NCBI GenBank assembly: GCA_963836185.1
Contig: CAWIIQ010000001.1
Location: 320,001 to 384,000 of the forward strand
Length of the DNA: 64,000 nt
Reading direction: 5' to 3'
Source of the DNA: Candidatus Krumholzibacteriia bacterium
GTDB taxonomy: Bacteria; Krumholzibacteriota; Krumholzibacteriia; Krumholzibacteriales; Krumholzibacteriaceae
Shown here in pieces: positions 21,351 through 31,032 of the stretch. The position numbers and the translations under genes are program-made. The first letter of the stretch is position 1. Each line of letters opens with the position of its first letter. The notes beneath the pieces are model-generated. The model searched no databases. It was not told where the DNA came from and saw only the letters and a list, made by a program, of their open reading frames with translations.

Positions 21351-22418
21351 TCAGTTGATTTTCTGCAGGAATGCCGGTTTGGATGCGTTTTCCAGGAGGA
21401 TTTCCTTTGTCCCCGTACTCATCTCGTACGTAAACATGGTGTCTCCCTGCGCAAACACGAATCGATCATTACCGATCCAGTTGAAATCGATCCCGCTGAT
21501 CTTGTGGATGTTGGACGGGTCGCCTGTTTCCAGCACAAGGGCCTCCGGCGAGAAGAACATCCCGATATACCGGCCGTCGAAAGACCAGGACACAGCCCTT
21601 ACGTTCCCGTCCTTCGCCTTTGCCGGCCCCCTGTAGAGTCTTTGCAGAGAGTCGCTCTCAAGATCGCAGACCCATAAGTTGTCGAATCCCTCTTTTTCGA
21701 CGTACTCCACCTCGATGAAAGCGACATGGGTCTTGTCGCAGGAGATCCCCGGGTCCAGGATGCTTTTCCTGGTGGCGACTATCCTGTCGTCACCCGAGGC
21801 TGAATCTCTAATAGTGAGGTTGTCCATGTATTTATCTTCAACCCTCACATTGTCGGTGTATGCCGTAAGAGTTCCGTCTGCGGTATAGTCAGCATCAATT
21901 GATTTCCGTGCCTGCTCGTAGGCGGTGTCTTTCCTGGCTCCCTCGCGGATATCGTATTCGAAGAATCCCCATACGTCATAGCCTGAAGCCGCATAGTACA
22001 TCAGCCTTTCGCCGGGCAGCCATCTTGCCGGGTATATCCAGTTGTCTTCCGGCGGCATGAGCTCCGTCACTATCCCCATATCCAGGAGCCGTACGATCAC
22101 TATCGAGCATACCGCTCTCTTGCCCGCTTCCTCGCCTTCCTCCAGCCACCCCGGCTCGTCGGCATATCCGATGATCATTGAGCATGCAAGGTGCTTCAGG
22201 TCGGGAGAGAATAGAAATTCCTCGACCGTCCCGTCGCTCGAGGTTACCTGCCTGACACCCTGGCCGTCCGTGCCGATGATCCAGACATCCCCGTCCCTGA
22301 GAAATGCGATGTGTCCGGCCACATCGACGCTCACTGGTCCGGCAGCAGATGCGGCACCGGACAGGACAAGGCAGGCAGACAGAATAACGAGAATGGATAT
22401 GATAGGTCGTGCAGACAT
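21351..22418 (-). CDS. Secreted TolB-like/WD40 beta-propeller protein
   Basis: Signal peptide, 'IAFLRDGDVW..GTDG...RQVT', FSPD and WSFDG blade motifs. Confidence 0.65.
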   Translation of the reverse strand: MSARPIISILVILSACLVLSGAASAAGPVSVDVAGHIAFLRDGDVWIIGTDGQGVRQVTSSDGTVEEFLFSPDLKHLACSMIIGYADEPGWLEEGEEAGKRAVCSIVIVRLLDMGIVTELMPPEDNWIYPARWLPGERLMYYAASGYDVWGFFEYDIREGARKDTAYEQARKSIDADYTADGTLTAYTDNVRVEDKYMDNLTIRDSASGDDRIVATRKSILDPGISCDKTHVAFIEVEYVEKEGFDNLWVCDLESDSLQRLYRGPAKAKDGNVRAVSWSFDGRYIGMFFSPEALVLETGDPSNIHKISGIDFNWIGNDRFVFAQGDTMFTYEMSTGTKEILLENASKPAFLQKIN

Positions 22419-22617
22419 GTTTTTACCCCCCGGAGATATTGTCTCGTTGACCCTAGCATTAGTTCTGACCTGATTGCAAAAGGATTAATCCGGCTCGGTA
22501 TAGGCGCGGAGAATCCTTAGGACCGGCACGTGAAAACAAAAATCGGCCCTGTACTATTTTTGAATCAGCGATATACTGTCTCAGAGTTGTAGCGGCGCTC
22601 AAAACAACAGAAAACCT

Positions 22618-23526
22618 ATGAAGCGGATATATCGAATAAGGAAAGATGCGTTTGTCGCGTTGATATTCAGCCTCCTGGTATGCTGTGCGGGGGGCACGAA
22701 GAGTGAAGAAAATAGCGGCGACCGCTACGGCCCCCTTGAGGTCGGCCTGGCCGCCGGAATATTCGACAACAGTTTTGTCGACGACGTGATCAGCCCCGTG
22801 GTCTATACCGCCTCCTCACCGATTTACGAGGCGCTCTATCGCTTCGTCGACGAAGAGGCCCGGGGTGCCGTGTCATTGAAGTATGTCTCGTATACCGCCG
22901 CAATGAGAGATGGGTTCCCCGGGGATGATTTCGAGTTGCTCGACTCAGATGGCGATCCTTATTCCTTCCCCAGAAGCATGCACGAGATGAAAGGGTCGCG
23001 TTTCGAGATGTATCTCGATATCTCGAAACGAGTAGCCGCGTTTCATGATGGAAAGACCGCTTTCTATCTTGGCGGTGAAATGAAGATATTCTTCGAGTCG
23101 ATGAAAAGTTATGACTACTGGAGCAGCACGATGGGGTGGGAGAAACAAAAATCCGAATTGTCGGGCTTCTCGATAATCATGACTGGAAAACTCGAGCGCC
23201 GCATCCGCAGGCTCGACCGGCTTGCCATCGACCTGGACTTCACACTTGCCTCTCTGGTGGAACGGCTGCCTTACTATGCGCCTCTTTCCAGGATGGAGGA
23301 TCTGGACGAGGATTCCAATATTTCCCCCAATACGTACGGGATGCTCTTTTATGACTATCTGGACTGGTCGGTCCAGTTTTCTTACATGTTCTGGATCTGG
23401 GAGTCGCTCGGCCTTGAAGCGAGCTACCGGTTCCGGCACCAGCATGTGACCGAGCCCCGTCCCTTGAGATATGTGTCAAACACCCTGAGCCTGGGAGTGA
23501 TCTTTGCGATCAAAGACGAGAAATAG
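22618..23526 (+). CDS. Putative outer-membrane beta-barrel protein
   Basis: Signal peptide, alternating aromatic strands, C-terminal 'NTLSLGVIF'. Overlaps the S41 peptidase gene. Confidence 0.55.
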   Translation: MKRIYRIRKDAFVALIFSLLVCCAGGTKSEENSGDRYGPLEVGLAAGIFDNSFVDDVISPVVYTASSPIYEALYRFVDEEARGAVSLKYVSYTAAMRDGFPGDDFELLDSDGDPYSFPRSMHEMKGSRFEMYLDISKRVAAFHDGKTAFYLGGEMKIFFESMKSYDYWSSTMGWEKQKSELSGFSIIMTGKLERRIRRLDRLAIDLDFTLASLVERLPYYAPLSRMEDLDEDSNISPNTYGMLFYDYLDWSVQFSYMFWIWESLGLEASYRFRHQHVTEPRPLRYVSNTLSLGVIFAIKDEK

Positions 23527-24625
23527 GCTGGGCGCACTCGGTTCTCTGGCGATGGCCGTCACTGTTCTTGTCACTGCCTGCGGTGAACGACTGCTCGAGG
23601 TCGAGTTCGAGAACGATCCCGTCGGCAACTTCGAAGCCCTCTGGAACGAATTCGATCGTTACTATGGCCTGTTCGACGTCCGCGATGTAGACTGGGATTC
23701 TCTTTATACGGTCTACAGGCCGCGCGTTAATGAGGGTTCAACGGATGCCGAGCTGTATGATGCGATGGCGGGGATTCTCTCGCACCTGCAGGATGCGCAT
23801 GTGTCATTATGTGCCCAGGGATTTCCGGTGTATTCCTCAGATTACGATGCTGATCCGCCCCTGTTCTCGGACTCGCAACCAGACAGTTTTCGCAGCGACA
23901 GGAACGCTCTGTGGAATACGGCTCTCAATGTCTACATGGATTCGGTCTACGTCAGCGCTGCCGAATTCGGCTATACCAGGGGATTTTCGGGGTACGGCAG
24001 GATCAGCTCCGATCACACGGATCTGGATCTGGGATATATGATCCTGTACCATTTCTCTCTCTCCGAACTCCCGAACGACTATTTTGACGCGGCGATTAAG
24101 TCGTTCCGTGATTGTGACGGAGTCATCATCGATCTTCGGGTAAACAGGGGCGGATCAAGCGGGGTCATGAGCGCACTGATCGACAGGTTTGCCGACATGG
24201 AACGCTCATATCACGTGAGCAGATACCGGGACGGGCCGGAACATGATGACTTTTCCGATCCGGAGACCTACTACCTCTATCCGACCGATAATGCCATCGG
24301 TGATACTCCTCTGGCAGTACTCACGGGCCGTCGTACATACAGCGCCGGCGAATACTTCACTCTCGGAGCGATGGTCCTGCCTCAGGCCACGATACTGGGT
24401 GATACTACCAACGGTGTTTTCGGATCGAACACTATGAAGGTACTGCCCAACGGCTGGGAAATCACCCTGTCACCGGAGCTGGTTACATCGGTCTATGGCG
24501 TCTGCTACGAGGGCATCGGCATCCCTCCGGATATCCGTGTGATGGCTTCCCGGGTCGAGGTCGACACAGGCTATGACGCCGTGATCGACAGGGCGATCGA
24601 ACTCCTTGAGTCCGCTAACCCGTAA
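23504..24625 (+). CDS. S41 family peptidase (tricorn-like), lipoprotein
   Basis: Lipobox VTAC, NFEALW..FD..Y, L.DAHV, IIDLRVNRGG, TYSAGEYF, EGIGIPPD. Confidence 0.88.
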   Translation: MRSKTRNRLGALGSLAMAVTVLVTACGERLLEVEFENDPVGNFEALWNEFDRYYGLFDVRDVDWDSLYTVYRPRVNEGSTDAELYDAMAGILSHLQDAHVSLCAQGFPVYSSDYDADPPLFSDSQPDSFRSDRNALWNTALNVYMDSVYVSAAEFGYTRGFSGYGRISSDHTDLDLGYMILYHFSLSELPNDYFDAAIKSFRDCDGVIIDLRVNRGGSSGVMSALIDRFADMERSYHVSRYRDGPEHDDFSDPETYYLYPTDNAIGDTPLAVLTGRRTYSAGEYFTLGAMVLPQATILGDTTNGVFGSNTMKVLPNGWEITLSPELVTSVYGVCYEGIGIPPDIRVMASRVEVDTGYDAVIDRAIELLESANP

Positions 24626-24654
24626 TGTTCATTGCGGTTCAACCGGAACGGGCG

Positions 24655-24683
24655 TTGAAATAGAACCGCGCTTATGGTATACT
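24655..24683 (+). promoter_or_regulatory. Sigma70-type promoter
   Basis: TTGAAA-N17-TATACT with TG extension, about 225 nt before ATG 24908. Confidence 0.6.
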
Positions 24684-24907
24684 GCCGCGTGTAAAGCTGC
24701 TAGGTCAGCGATTCAGGGGAAAATCCTGAGGGGAACCAGCTTTTCATTACCGGATAACACATCGCCTTCCTCTCAGTGTTCTATTCAAAGGCAGTTCAAC
24801 CAACTTCACAGGGCGCGAGTTGTATTTCCAGTAGATGCAACAATCGTGTCGAGGTGTCACGAGTGGCGTCTCTTTAGCGTCCGTTTCTGCCAGAGAGAGG
24901 GGTAATC

Positions 24908-27900
24908 ATGAATCGCCTGGCAACCTTCGCGCTCGTGCTGGCGTTTGTCATCACAGCCGGCACGGCGCACTCGGCAATCATTTATGTAAATCACGCAGCA
25001 ACGGGAGCCAACGACGGAACGTCGTGGGGCGATGCATACACCGATCTCCAGGCCGCACTGGCGGCCATGTCGGCAAGCGATGAAGTCTGGGTCGCGGCGG
25101 GAACCTACTACCCGACAGCGACGACGGACCGGTATGCCTCGTTCGTAATGAGTTATAACAGGAAACTGTACGGCGGTTTCGCGGGAACAGAGACCAGTAC
25201 CGGTCAGCGGGATATCGACAGCAATCCCACCATTCTCAGTGGGAACATAGGCGATCCCGGATCAACCGCGGACAATTCATTCGCTGTCGTCAAGCTCAGC
25301 TATCCGGATTCCAATACCGTAGTCGACGGCTTCAATATTCAGGACGGAAATGCGGATGAGGGCCCCTCAGACGCCGAGGGATACGCGGGTGGAGGAATGC
25401 AGATCCTCGACTCGAGTATAATCGGAGGTGCGGTTAAGGTCCGAAACGTGATCTATCGCGATAACCAGGCCAGCCGGGGCGGCGCGGTATACGTTGAGGC
25501 GATGCTCGGCAGCGGAACAAACGGCGCTGCCGAATTTGAAAACGTGTCTTTCTATGACAACACTGCCACAGGTGAGCATATTCAGGGATGGGGCGGGGCC
25601 CTGTACTCCGTGGACTCTCACATCGAGATGAACAGGGTGCGGTTTTACGGCGGAAGCGCTGACTACGGCGGCGGAGCGTGTATAGAAGGTGGAGCGGTCT
25701 GGCTCTATAATGCCGTGTTCCACGACAACTCGGCCTTGTATGGCGGCGGCCTGAACACATATCTCAGCAGTGCCTTCATCGCCAACACGACTTTCACCGG
25801 AAACTCCGCGACAACAGGCGGCGGCGGGATCTTTAGCAACCAGACTTCCATGTCGCTGGTCAACGTCATCATGTGGGATGATTCCGCACCGACCGAGCCG
25901 GAGATCAGGTACGGCACGACTCCTCCGGGGATCTCTTACTCCCTGATCGAAGGGTGCTGGCCAGGGCTATTCTGGGACTCGTCGCTCGGGACCGACAACG
26001 GCAACAATCTCGACAGTGACCCTCTTTTCCTCGATCCGGCCAGCGATGATTTCAGTCTGGATGACTGCTCTCCTGCCGTGAACGCGGGTAACGTCACGAT
26101 GCCGGCTCTGCCGGCGACCGATCTTGATGGCGACAGCAGGATAGTCGGTGCGGAAATAGACATGGGCGCTCTCGAGAACCAGAACGCCGCGATAGCCACT
26201 GTCTTGTTCGTCGACGCATCGGCAACGGGCGCCGGAGACGGCTCGTCCTGGGCCGATGCCTTCAACGACCTGCAGGACGCGCTCGCTGCCTCAGATCTGT
26301 GCCCGGTGATAGACCAGATATGGGTAGCGGCGGGGACATATAAGCCGACGTCCGGATACGACAGGGACATCAGTTTCGAGGTCAGGGAAAAAGTTTCACT
26401 CTATGGCGGTTTCGCGGGGACCGAAGTGTCGCCTGCCGAGCGCAACCTGTCGGTGAATGAGACGATACTGAGCGGAGAGCTCGCAAGTGCAGGTCCGGAT
26501 GACAACAGTCAACATGTCGTTGATGCGAGAGACGCGGATTCGACGACCGCAATCGACGGTTTTACTATAAGTGATGGATGGGGTGAACAGGCTCTATGGT
26601 CAAAGAGTGGAGGGGGGATCTACATCGTTGATGGATCACCAGTGATCAGAAACGTCATCATCGAGAACAACGGAGCGACCACAGGAGGGGGAGCATCTGT
26701 TGGCTCTGGTGCGCCACGATTCGAAAATGTGATCTTTCGCGACAACCTGGCATTCGGCGTTGCGATTTCCCCGTATGGACTCGGGGGAGGCCTGTATGTT
26801 TCTACGAGCAGTCGAGTCGAGCTTTCAGGTGTCTCATTCGAGGGAAACAGTGCGGATAACGGTGGGGCGATATACCATGAATCGGGGGATCTGTATCTGA
26901 CCGACGGGATCATCACGGGGTGTACAAGTCAGCAGGCTGGGGGCGGCATATACGCGACTGGCGCTGGGGAGACGGTCCTGCAGCAGGTGACGTTCGACAG
27001 CTGCGGGTCAGAGAGTGCCGCAGGCGGGATCCGAAACTCGAACCACACAATGAGGATCATTGCCTGCCGTTTCATCGACTGCTATGCGGATTCGTATGGC
27101 GGGGCTGTTTTCTGTTCTGATTCCGATGTGGAAATGACAAATTCAGTATTTTTCCGAAACGGTTATGTCAGCCAGGGAGGAGCGCTCTTCAATCTGGATT
27201 GTTCCCCTGTCATCACAAATTGCTCGTTTTCAAAAAATTTCGCGTTTACAGGCGGAGCGATGTACAATGACGGCGTCAGCCTGCCTGTCATCGTCAATTC
27301 CATCTTCTGGGCCGACAGCGCGCTGATCCAGCCGGAGATCCTCAACAGGCCCGATGCAACCCCGTCGATCTCATACTCGATAATCGAGGGATCGGGAGGA
27401 AGCGGAGGCGGATGGAACACCTCGCTGGGGTCAGACGGCGGGCACAACCTTGACCTGGACCCTCTCTATTTCAACGAGACAGCGGGAGACCTTCACATCG
27501 GTCTCGACTCCCCTGCGTTCGATGCAGGAAATGATGCGGCCCCGAATCTTCCGTCCACTGATTTCGACGGGTACGCAAGGATCTGGGGCACATCGGTCGA
27601 TATGGGCGTCTATGAGGTCCAGGAGTCGGCATGCCCCGGGGCCATAGTCTATGTCGATTCCGCCGCGGCAGGGATGAACGACGGATCATCCTGGGCAGAT
27701 GCCTTCAACGACCTGCGGTCAGCACTGCAGGTCACCGCAGTGTGCTTGTCGGTGGAAGAGATCTGGGTAGCCGCCGGCACATACTTCCCGACGTCAGGGT
27801 CGGACCAAAATGCCAGATTCGAACTGCAGGGCGGCCTGGCGATCTGCGGCGGATTCGCGGGCTGGGAGAGCCTGCTTTCCGAGCGTGATATCGAGAACAA

Positions 27901-30880
27901 CGTTACGATCCTCAGCGGCGAGATAGGCATTCCGGGAACTTCCGATAACACGGGCAACATCGTCTGGGCTGCAGGAGCAGGTACCGATTCGACCGCCGTG
28001 CTGGACGGATTCACCGTGACAGCCGCCTCCTACAAGGGTGGGTGGAACAGGGGGGCCGTCTTCTGCTACGACGATTCGGAACCGATATTCCGCAACCTCA
28101 AAATCGTCGATAATGCTGGGACCGGATTAAATTCGTATGACGCCCGGCCGGAAGTATACGATTCCGAAATATCCGGCAGCGCGGCCTCAGGTATATATGC
28201 CCAGGAAAGCAGCGTAGCGCAGTTCTTCGACGTCCTGATAACGGGGAACGGCGATTCCGGCGTTCATATAGGATACGGCTGCACCGTATGGCTGAAAAAC
28301 GCGATCGTCTCGGACAACCAGGCCGTTGACGGCGGAGGATTCTTCGTCGAGAACGAAGCCCATCTCGTGATATACGGCGCTCTGATAACGGGAAATACCG
28401 CTTCCAACGAAGGCGGAGGGATCCACAGCGCATATAGCGGCGGAGCGGTCACTCTGGTCAACATCACAATGAGCGATAATGTCGCCGTTCGCGGCGGCGG
28501 TATCTACAACGGTCAGGGGTTCTATACGATTCCTCTCTACAACTCGATAATGTGGGGGGACAGCGCTACCTCTGAAGGTGACGAGTTCTATACCGAGCTG
28601 ACCTCTTATAACGCGTTCTGGAATTCGATCGTCGAGGGATGCGGCGGCAGCGGAGCGGGGTGGACCGATACACTGAACTTCGACGGCGGGGGAAATCTCG
28701 ACGAGGACCCGCTCTTTGTCGATGAGGATGGCGGAGACTTCCGCCTCACGTCTTGCTCGCCAGCTGTCGATGTGTTTGATACGACCGGGGGTTACTTCCA
28801 GAGCCTTCCCGCAACCGATCTCGACGGCAACGCGCGCATCACCAATTCCCTTCTGGACATGGGTGGTTACGAATACCAGGGCCGGGTCTACGGTCCAGTA
28901 CTATACGTGGACCAGTCCGCAGGCGGCGCCGGCGACGGTTATTCCTGGGCGGACGCCTGCCCGCAGCTCCGTGACGCCCTTGCATACGCGGGGACTTGCG
29001 ACAGGATATCCGAGATATGGGTGGCTGCCGGGACTTATACACCGACCGGAGACATCGACCGAACGGCAACGTTCACCCTTAGAAACGGCCTGGCTCTCTA
29101 CGGTGGCTTCGCCGGCACCGAGTCATTGCTCTCCGAACGCGACGCTGAGACGAATGTCACTGTACTGAGCGGAGAGATCGGCGCCGCGTCGCTGGATGAC
29201 AACTCGTACCATGTCATATGGGCCGACTCTGTCGACGCGACGGCAGTCCTCGATGGATTTACCGTCACACGGGGAAATGCCGACGGAACTATCCCGAATA
29301 ATGTCGGCGGGGGATTCATCGGATTATGGCAGTCCGGCCCGACCATCACGGGGATCCGGTTTGTAGATAATCATGCATGGGGCTACGGGGGCGGTATGTA
29401 TGTAAACGGGCTGATTGAACTGGCCGGCGTGGTATTCGAGAATAACAGCGCCGGAGAAGGCGGAGGCGCCACCATATATGACTCGGGGGTCGTAAAAGAG
29501 TCCGAGTTCATCGGCAACACAGCTACGGCTAATGGAGGTGCCCTGTTCACGGGATCGAGCAAGAAGAACTTTCTCGAAAATGTCACTTTCTCCGGAAATT
29601 CGGCCGTGAGCGGAGGGGCGGTATATATCCAGATGCAGGATACCCTGGTCATGACGAATGTCGTTTTCGATCGTAATACTGCCGCGAACGGCGGCGCGAT
29701 CTATAATAATTTCGGCGGATTCGACGCGACAAACGTCTCGTGGAGTGGTAACAGCGCGACAGGATCGGGCGGAGGCATCTACAATCATACGTACACTGCG
29801 ATCGCTCCGATTTCCATCATCAACTCGATCATGTGGGGAGACAGTGCCGCGACCGGGGATGAGATACACAACACATTAGAGGCTCCGTCGATCTCTTATT
29901 CGCTCGTTGCCGGCAGCGGCGGAAGCGGAGGGGGCTGGAATTCTTCAATCGGCAGCGATGGCGGCAACAACCTCGACACGGATCCCATGTATGTCGATCC
30001 CGTGACGGGAGATCTCAGCCTCAATACCGGATCTCCGGCAATAGACGCGGGGAATGCCCTGCTCGCCATTCTTCCGCCGACCGACATCGCCGGGAACCCG
30101 CGGGTAACCGGAGCGGATGTCGACATGGGGGCGTACGAGTACTATGTAGCCGGGAAATCGAAAACCGTGGTGATCGACAAAACGGGCGAAGCGATCTATT
30201 TCATCTCTGACCTCGATACCCTGGCCGTGATGAACTTCACGTCCGAGGAGCTCGACAGCGTGAAGGTCACAAAGGTCAAGGAGACGCCGCCGAACATCAA
30301 GGAGGGGAGCGACTGGGTCCCGATCCACTACATATTCGAGGCGTTTCCCTCCGAGGCAGCCTTCGTGGCCTGGATGAGGGTCTTCTACGACCAGGAAGAT
30401 TTCGACGACTCGGGACTGACCGATGAAACTCTCCTGAGCCTGTGGCGCTACGATGAGCCTGCCGCCAAGTGGGAATACAAGGAGAGTGTCGTTGACATCG
30501 ACAAGAATTTACTCACAGCTATAGACGTTACCGGTTTCTCCGTGTGGGGCATGACAAACTCGAAGAACGCCGTCGATGTGGAGGAAGACAATGTCATGCC
30601 GAAGGGGTACGCCCTCCACCAGAACAGGCCCAACCCGTTCAATCCTTCGACGACGATCGAGTACCAGCTGCCGGAGACAGGGCACGTGGAGCTGACGATA
30701 TACAACGCGCTCGGTCGGCGAATCGTCACGCTGGTTGACGGGCCGCAGACGGCCGGTTACAAATCGGTGAGGTGGAACGGAACTGATCGGAGCGGCGCCC
30801 AGGCGGCCAGCGGCGTATACTTCTACCGCCTGCGCGCCGGCTCTTTCGTAGAGTCAAAGAAGATGATTCTGCTGAGGTAA
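24908..30880 (+). CDS. 1990-aa secreted protein: four tandem right-handed beta-helix (Pmp-like GGA/FxxN, choice-of-anchor Q) modules + C-terminal sorting domain
   Basis: Four modules each start with 'xYVD..A.G..DG.SW.DA..DL..AL...IWVAAGTY.PT' and end with 'DMGxxE'. Terminal QNRPNPFNP...KKMILLR. Confidence 0.88.
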   Translation: MNRLATFALVLAFVITAGTAHSAIIYVNHAATGANDGTSWGDAYTDLQAALAAMSASDEVWVAAGTYYPTATTDRYASFVMSYNRKLYGGFAGTETSTGQRDIDSNPTILSGNIGDPGSTADNSFAVVKLSYPDSNTVVDGFNIQDGNADEGPSDAEGYAGGGMQILDSSIIGGAVKVRNVIYRDNQASRGGAVYVEAMLGSGTNGAAEFENVSFYDNTATGEHIQGWGGALYSVDSHIEMNRVRFYGGSADYGGGACIEGGAVWLYNAVFHDNSALYGGGLNTYLSSAFIANTTFTGNSATTGGGGIFSNQTSMSLVNVIMWDDSAPTEPEIRYGTTPPGISYSLIEGCWPGLFWDSSLGTDNGNNLDSDPLFLDPASDDFSLDDCSPAVNAGNVTMPALPATDLDGDSRIVGAEIDMGALENQNAAIATVLFVDASATGAGDGSSWADAFNDLQDALAASDLCPVIDQIWVAAGTYKPTSGYDRDISFEVREKVSLYGGFAGTEVSPAERNLSVNETILSGELASAGPDDNSQHVVDARDADSTTAIDGFTISDGWGEQALWSKSGGGIYIVDGSPVIRNVIIENNGATTGGGASVGSGAPRFENVIFRDNLAFGVAISPYGLGGGLYVSTSSRVELSGVSFEGNSADNGGAIYHESGDLYLTDGIITGCTSQQAGGGIYATGAGETVLQQVTFDSCGSESAAGGIRNSNHTMRIIACRFIDCYADSYGGAVFCSDSDVEMTNSVFFRNGYVSQGGALFNLDCSPVITNCSFSKNFAFTGGAMYNDGVSLPVIVNSIFWADSALIQPEILNRPDATPSISYSIIEGSGGSGGGWNTSLGSDGGHNLDLDPLYFNETAGDLHIGLDSPAFDAGNDAAPNLPSTDFDGYARIWGTSVDMGVYEVQESACPGAIVYVDSAAAGMNDGSSWADAFNDLRSALQVTAVCLSVEEIWVAAGTYFPTSGSDQNARFELQGGLAICGGFAGWESLLSERDIENNVTILSGEIGIPGTSDNTGNIVWAAGAGTDSTAVLDGFTVTAASYKGGWNRGAVFCYDDSEPIFRNLKIVDNAGTGLNSYDARPEVYDSEISGSAASGIYAQESSVAQFFDVLITGNGDSGVHIGYGCTVWLKNAIVSDNQAVDGGGFFVENEAHLVIYGALITGNTASNEGGGIHSAYSGGAVTLVNITMSDNVAVRGGGIYNGQGFYTIPLYNSIMWGDSATSEGDEFYTELTSYNAFWNSIVEGCGGSGAGWTDTLNFDGGGNLDEDPLFVDEDGGDFRLTSCSPAVDVFDTTGGYFQSLPATDLDGNARITNSLLDMGGYEYQGRVYGPVLYVDQSAGGAGDGYSWADACPQLRDALAYAGTCDRISEIWVAAGTYTPTGDIDRTATFTLRNGLALYGGFAGTESLLSERDAETNVTVLSGEIGAASLDDNSYHVIWADSVDATAVLDGFTVTRGNADGTIPNNVGGGFIGLWQSGPTITGIRFVDNHAWGYGGGMYVNGLIELAGVVFENNSAGEGGGATIYDSGVVKESEFIGNTATANGGALFTGSSKKNFLENVTFSGNSAVSGGAVYIQMQDTLVMTNVVFDRNTAANGGAIYNNFGGFDATNVSWSGNSATGSGGGIYNHTYTAIAPISIINSIMWGDSAATGDEIHNTLEAPSISYSLVAGSGGSGGGWNSSIGSDGGNNLDTDPMYVDPVTGDLSLNTGSPAIDAGNALLAILPPTDIAGNPRVTGADVDMGAYEYYVAGKSKTVVIDKTGEAIYFISDLDTLAVMNFTSEELDSVKVTKVKETPPNIKEGSDWVPIHYIFEAFPSEAAFVAWMRVFYDQEDFDDSGLTDETLLSLWRYDEPAAKWEYKESVVDIDKNLLTAIDVTGFSVWGMTNSKNAVDVEEDNVMPKGYALHQNRPNPFNPSTTIEYQLPETGHVELTIYNALGRRIVTLVDGPQTAGYKSVRWNGTDRSGAQAASGVYFYRLRAGSFVESKKMILLR

Positions 30881-30910
30881 AGACTCACCGGGTCCTCGAT
30901 TATAAAAGCA

Positions 30911-30936
30911 CAGGGCGGCCGTTACGGCCGCCCCTC
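30911..30936 (+). terminator. Hairpin terminator-like element
   Basis: GGGCGGCCG-tta-CGGCCGCCC just after the stop codon. Confidence 0.6.
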
Positions 30937-31032
30937 TTCAGTGCGACGAATAAGGTATGTGCGGATATATGCTGGTCAGGCAGCTGTTCTCCGGATATAT
31001 TTACGATGTCAGTCCGGCGGAATCGGGGTGTC

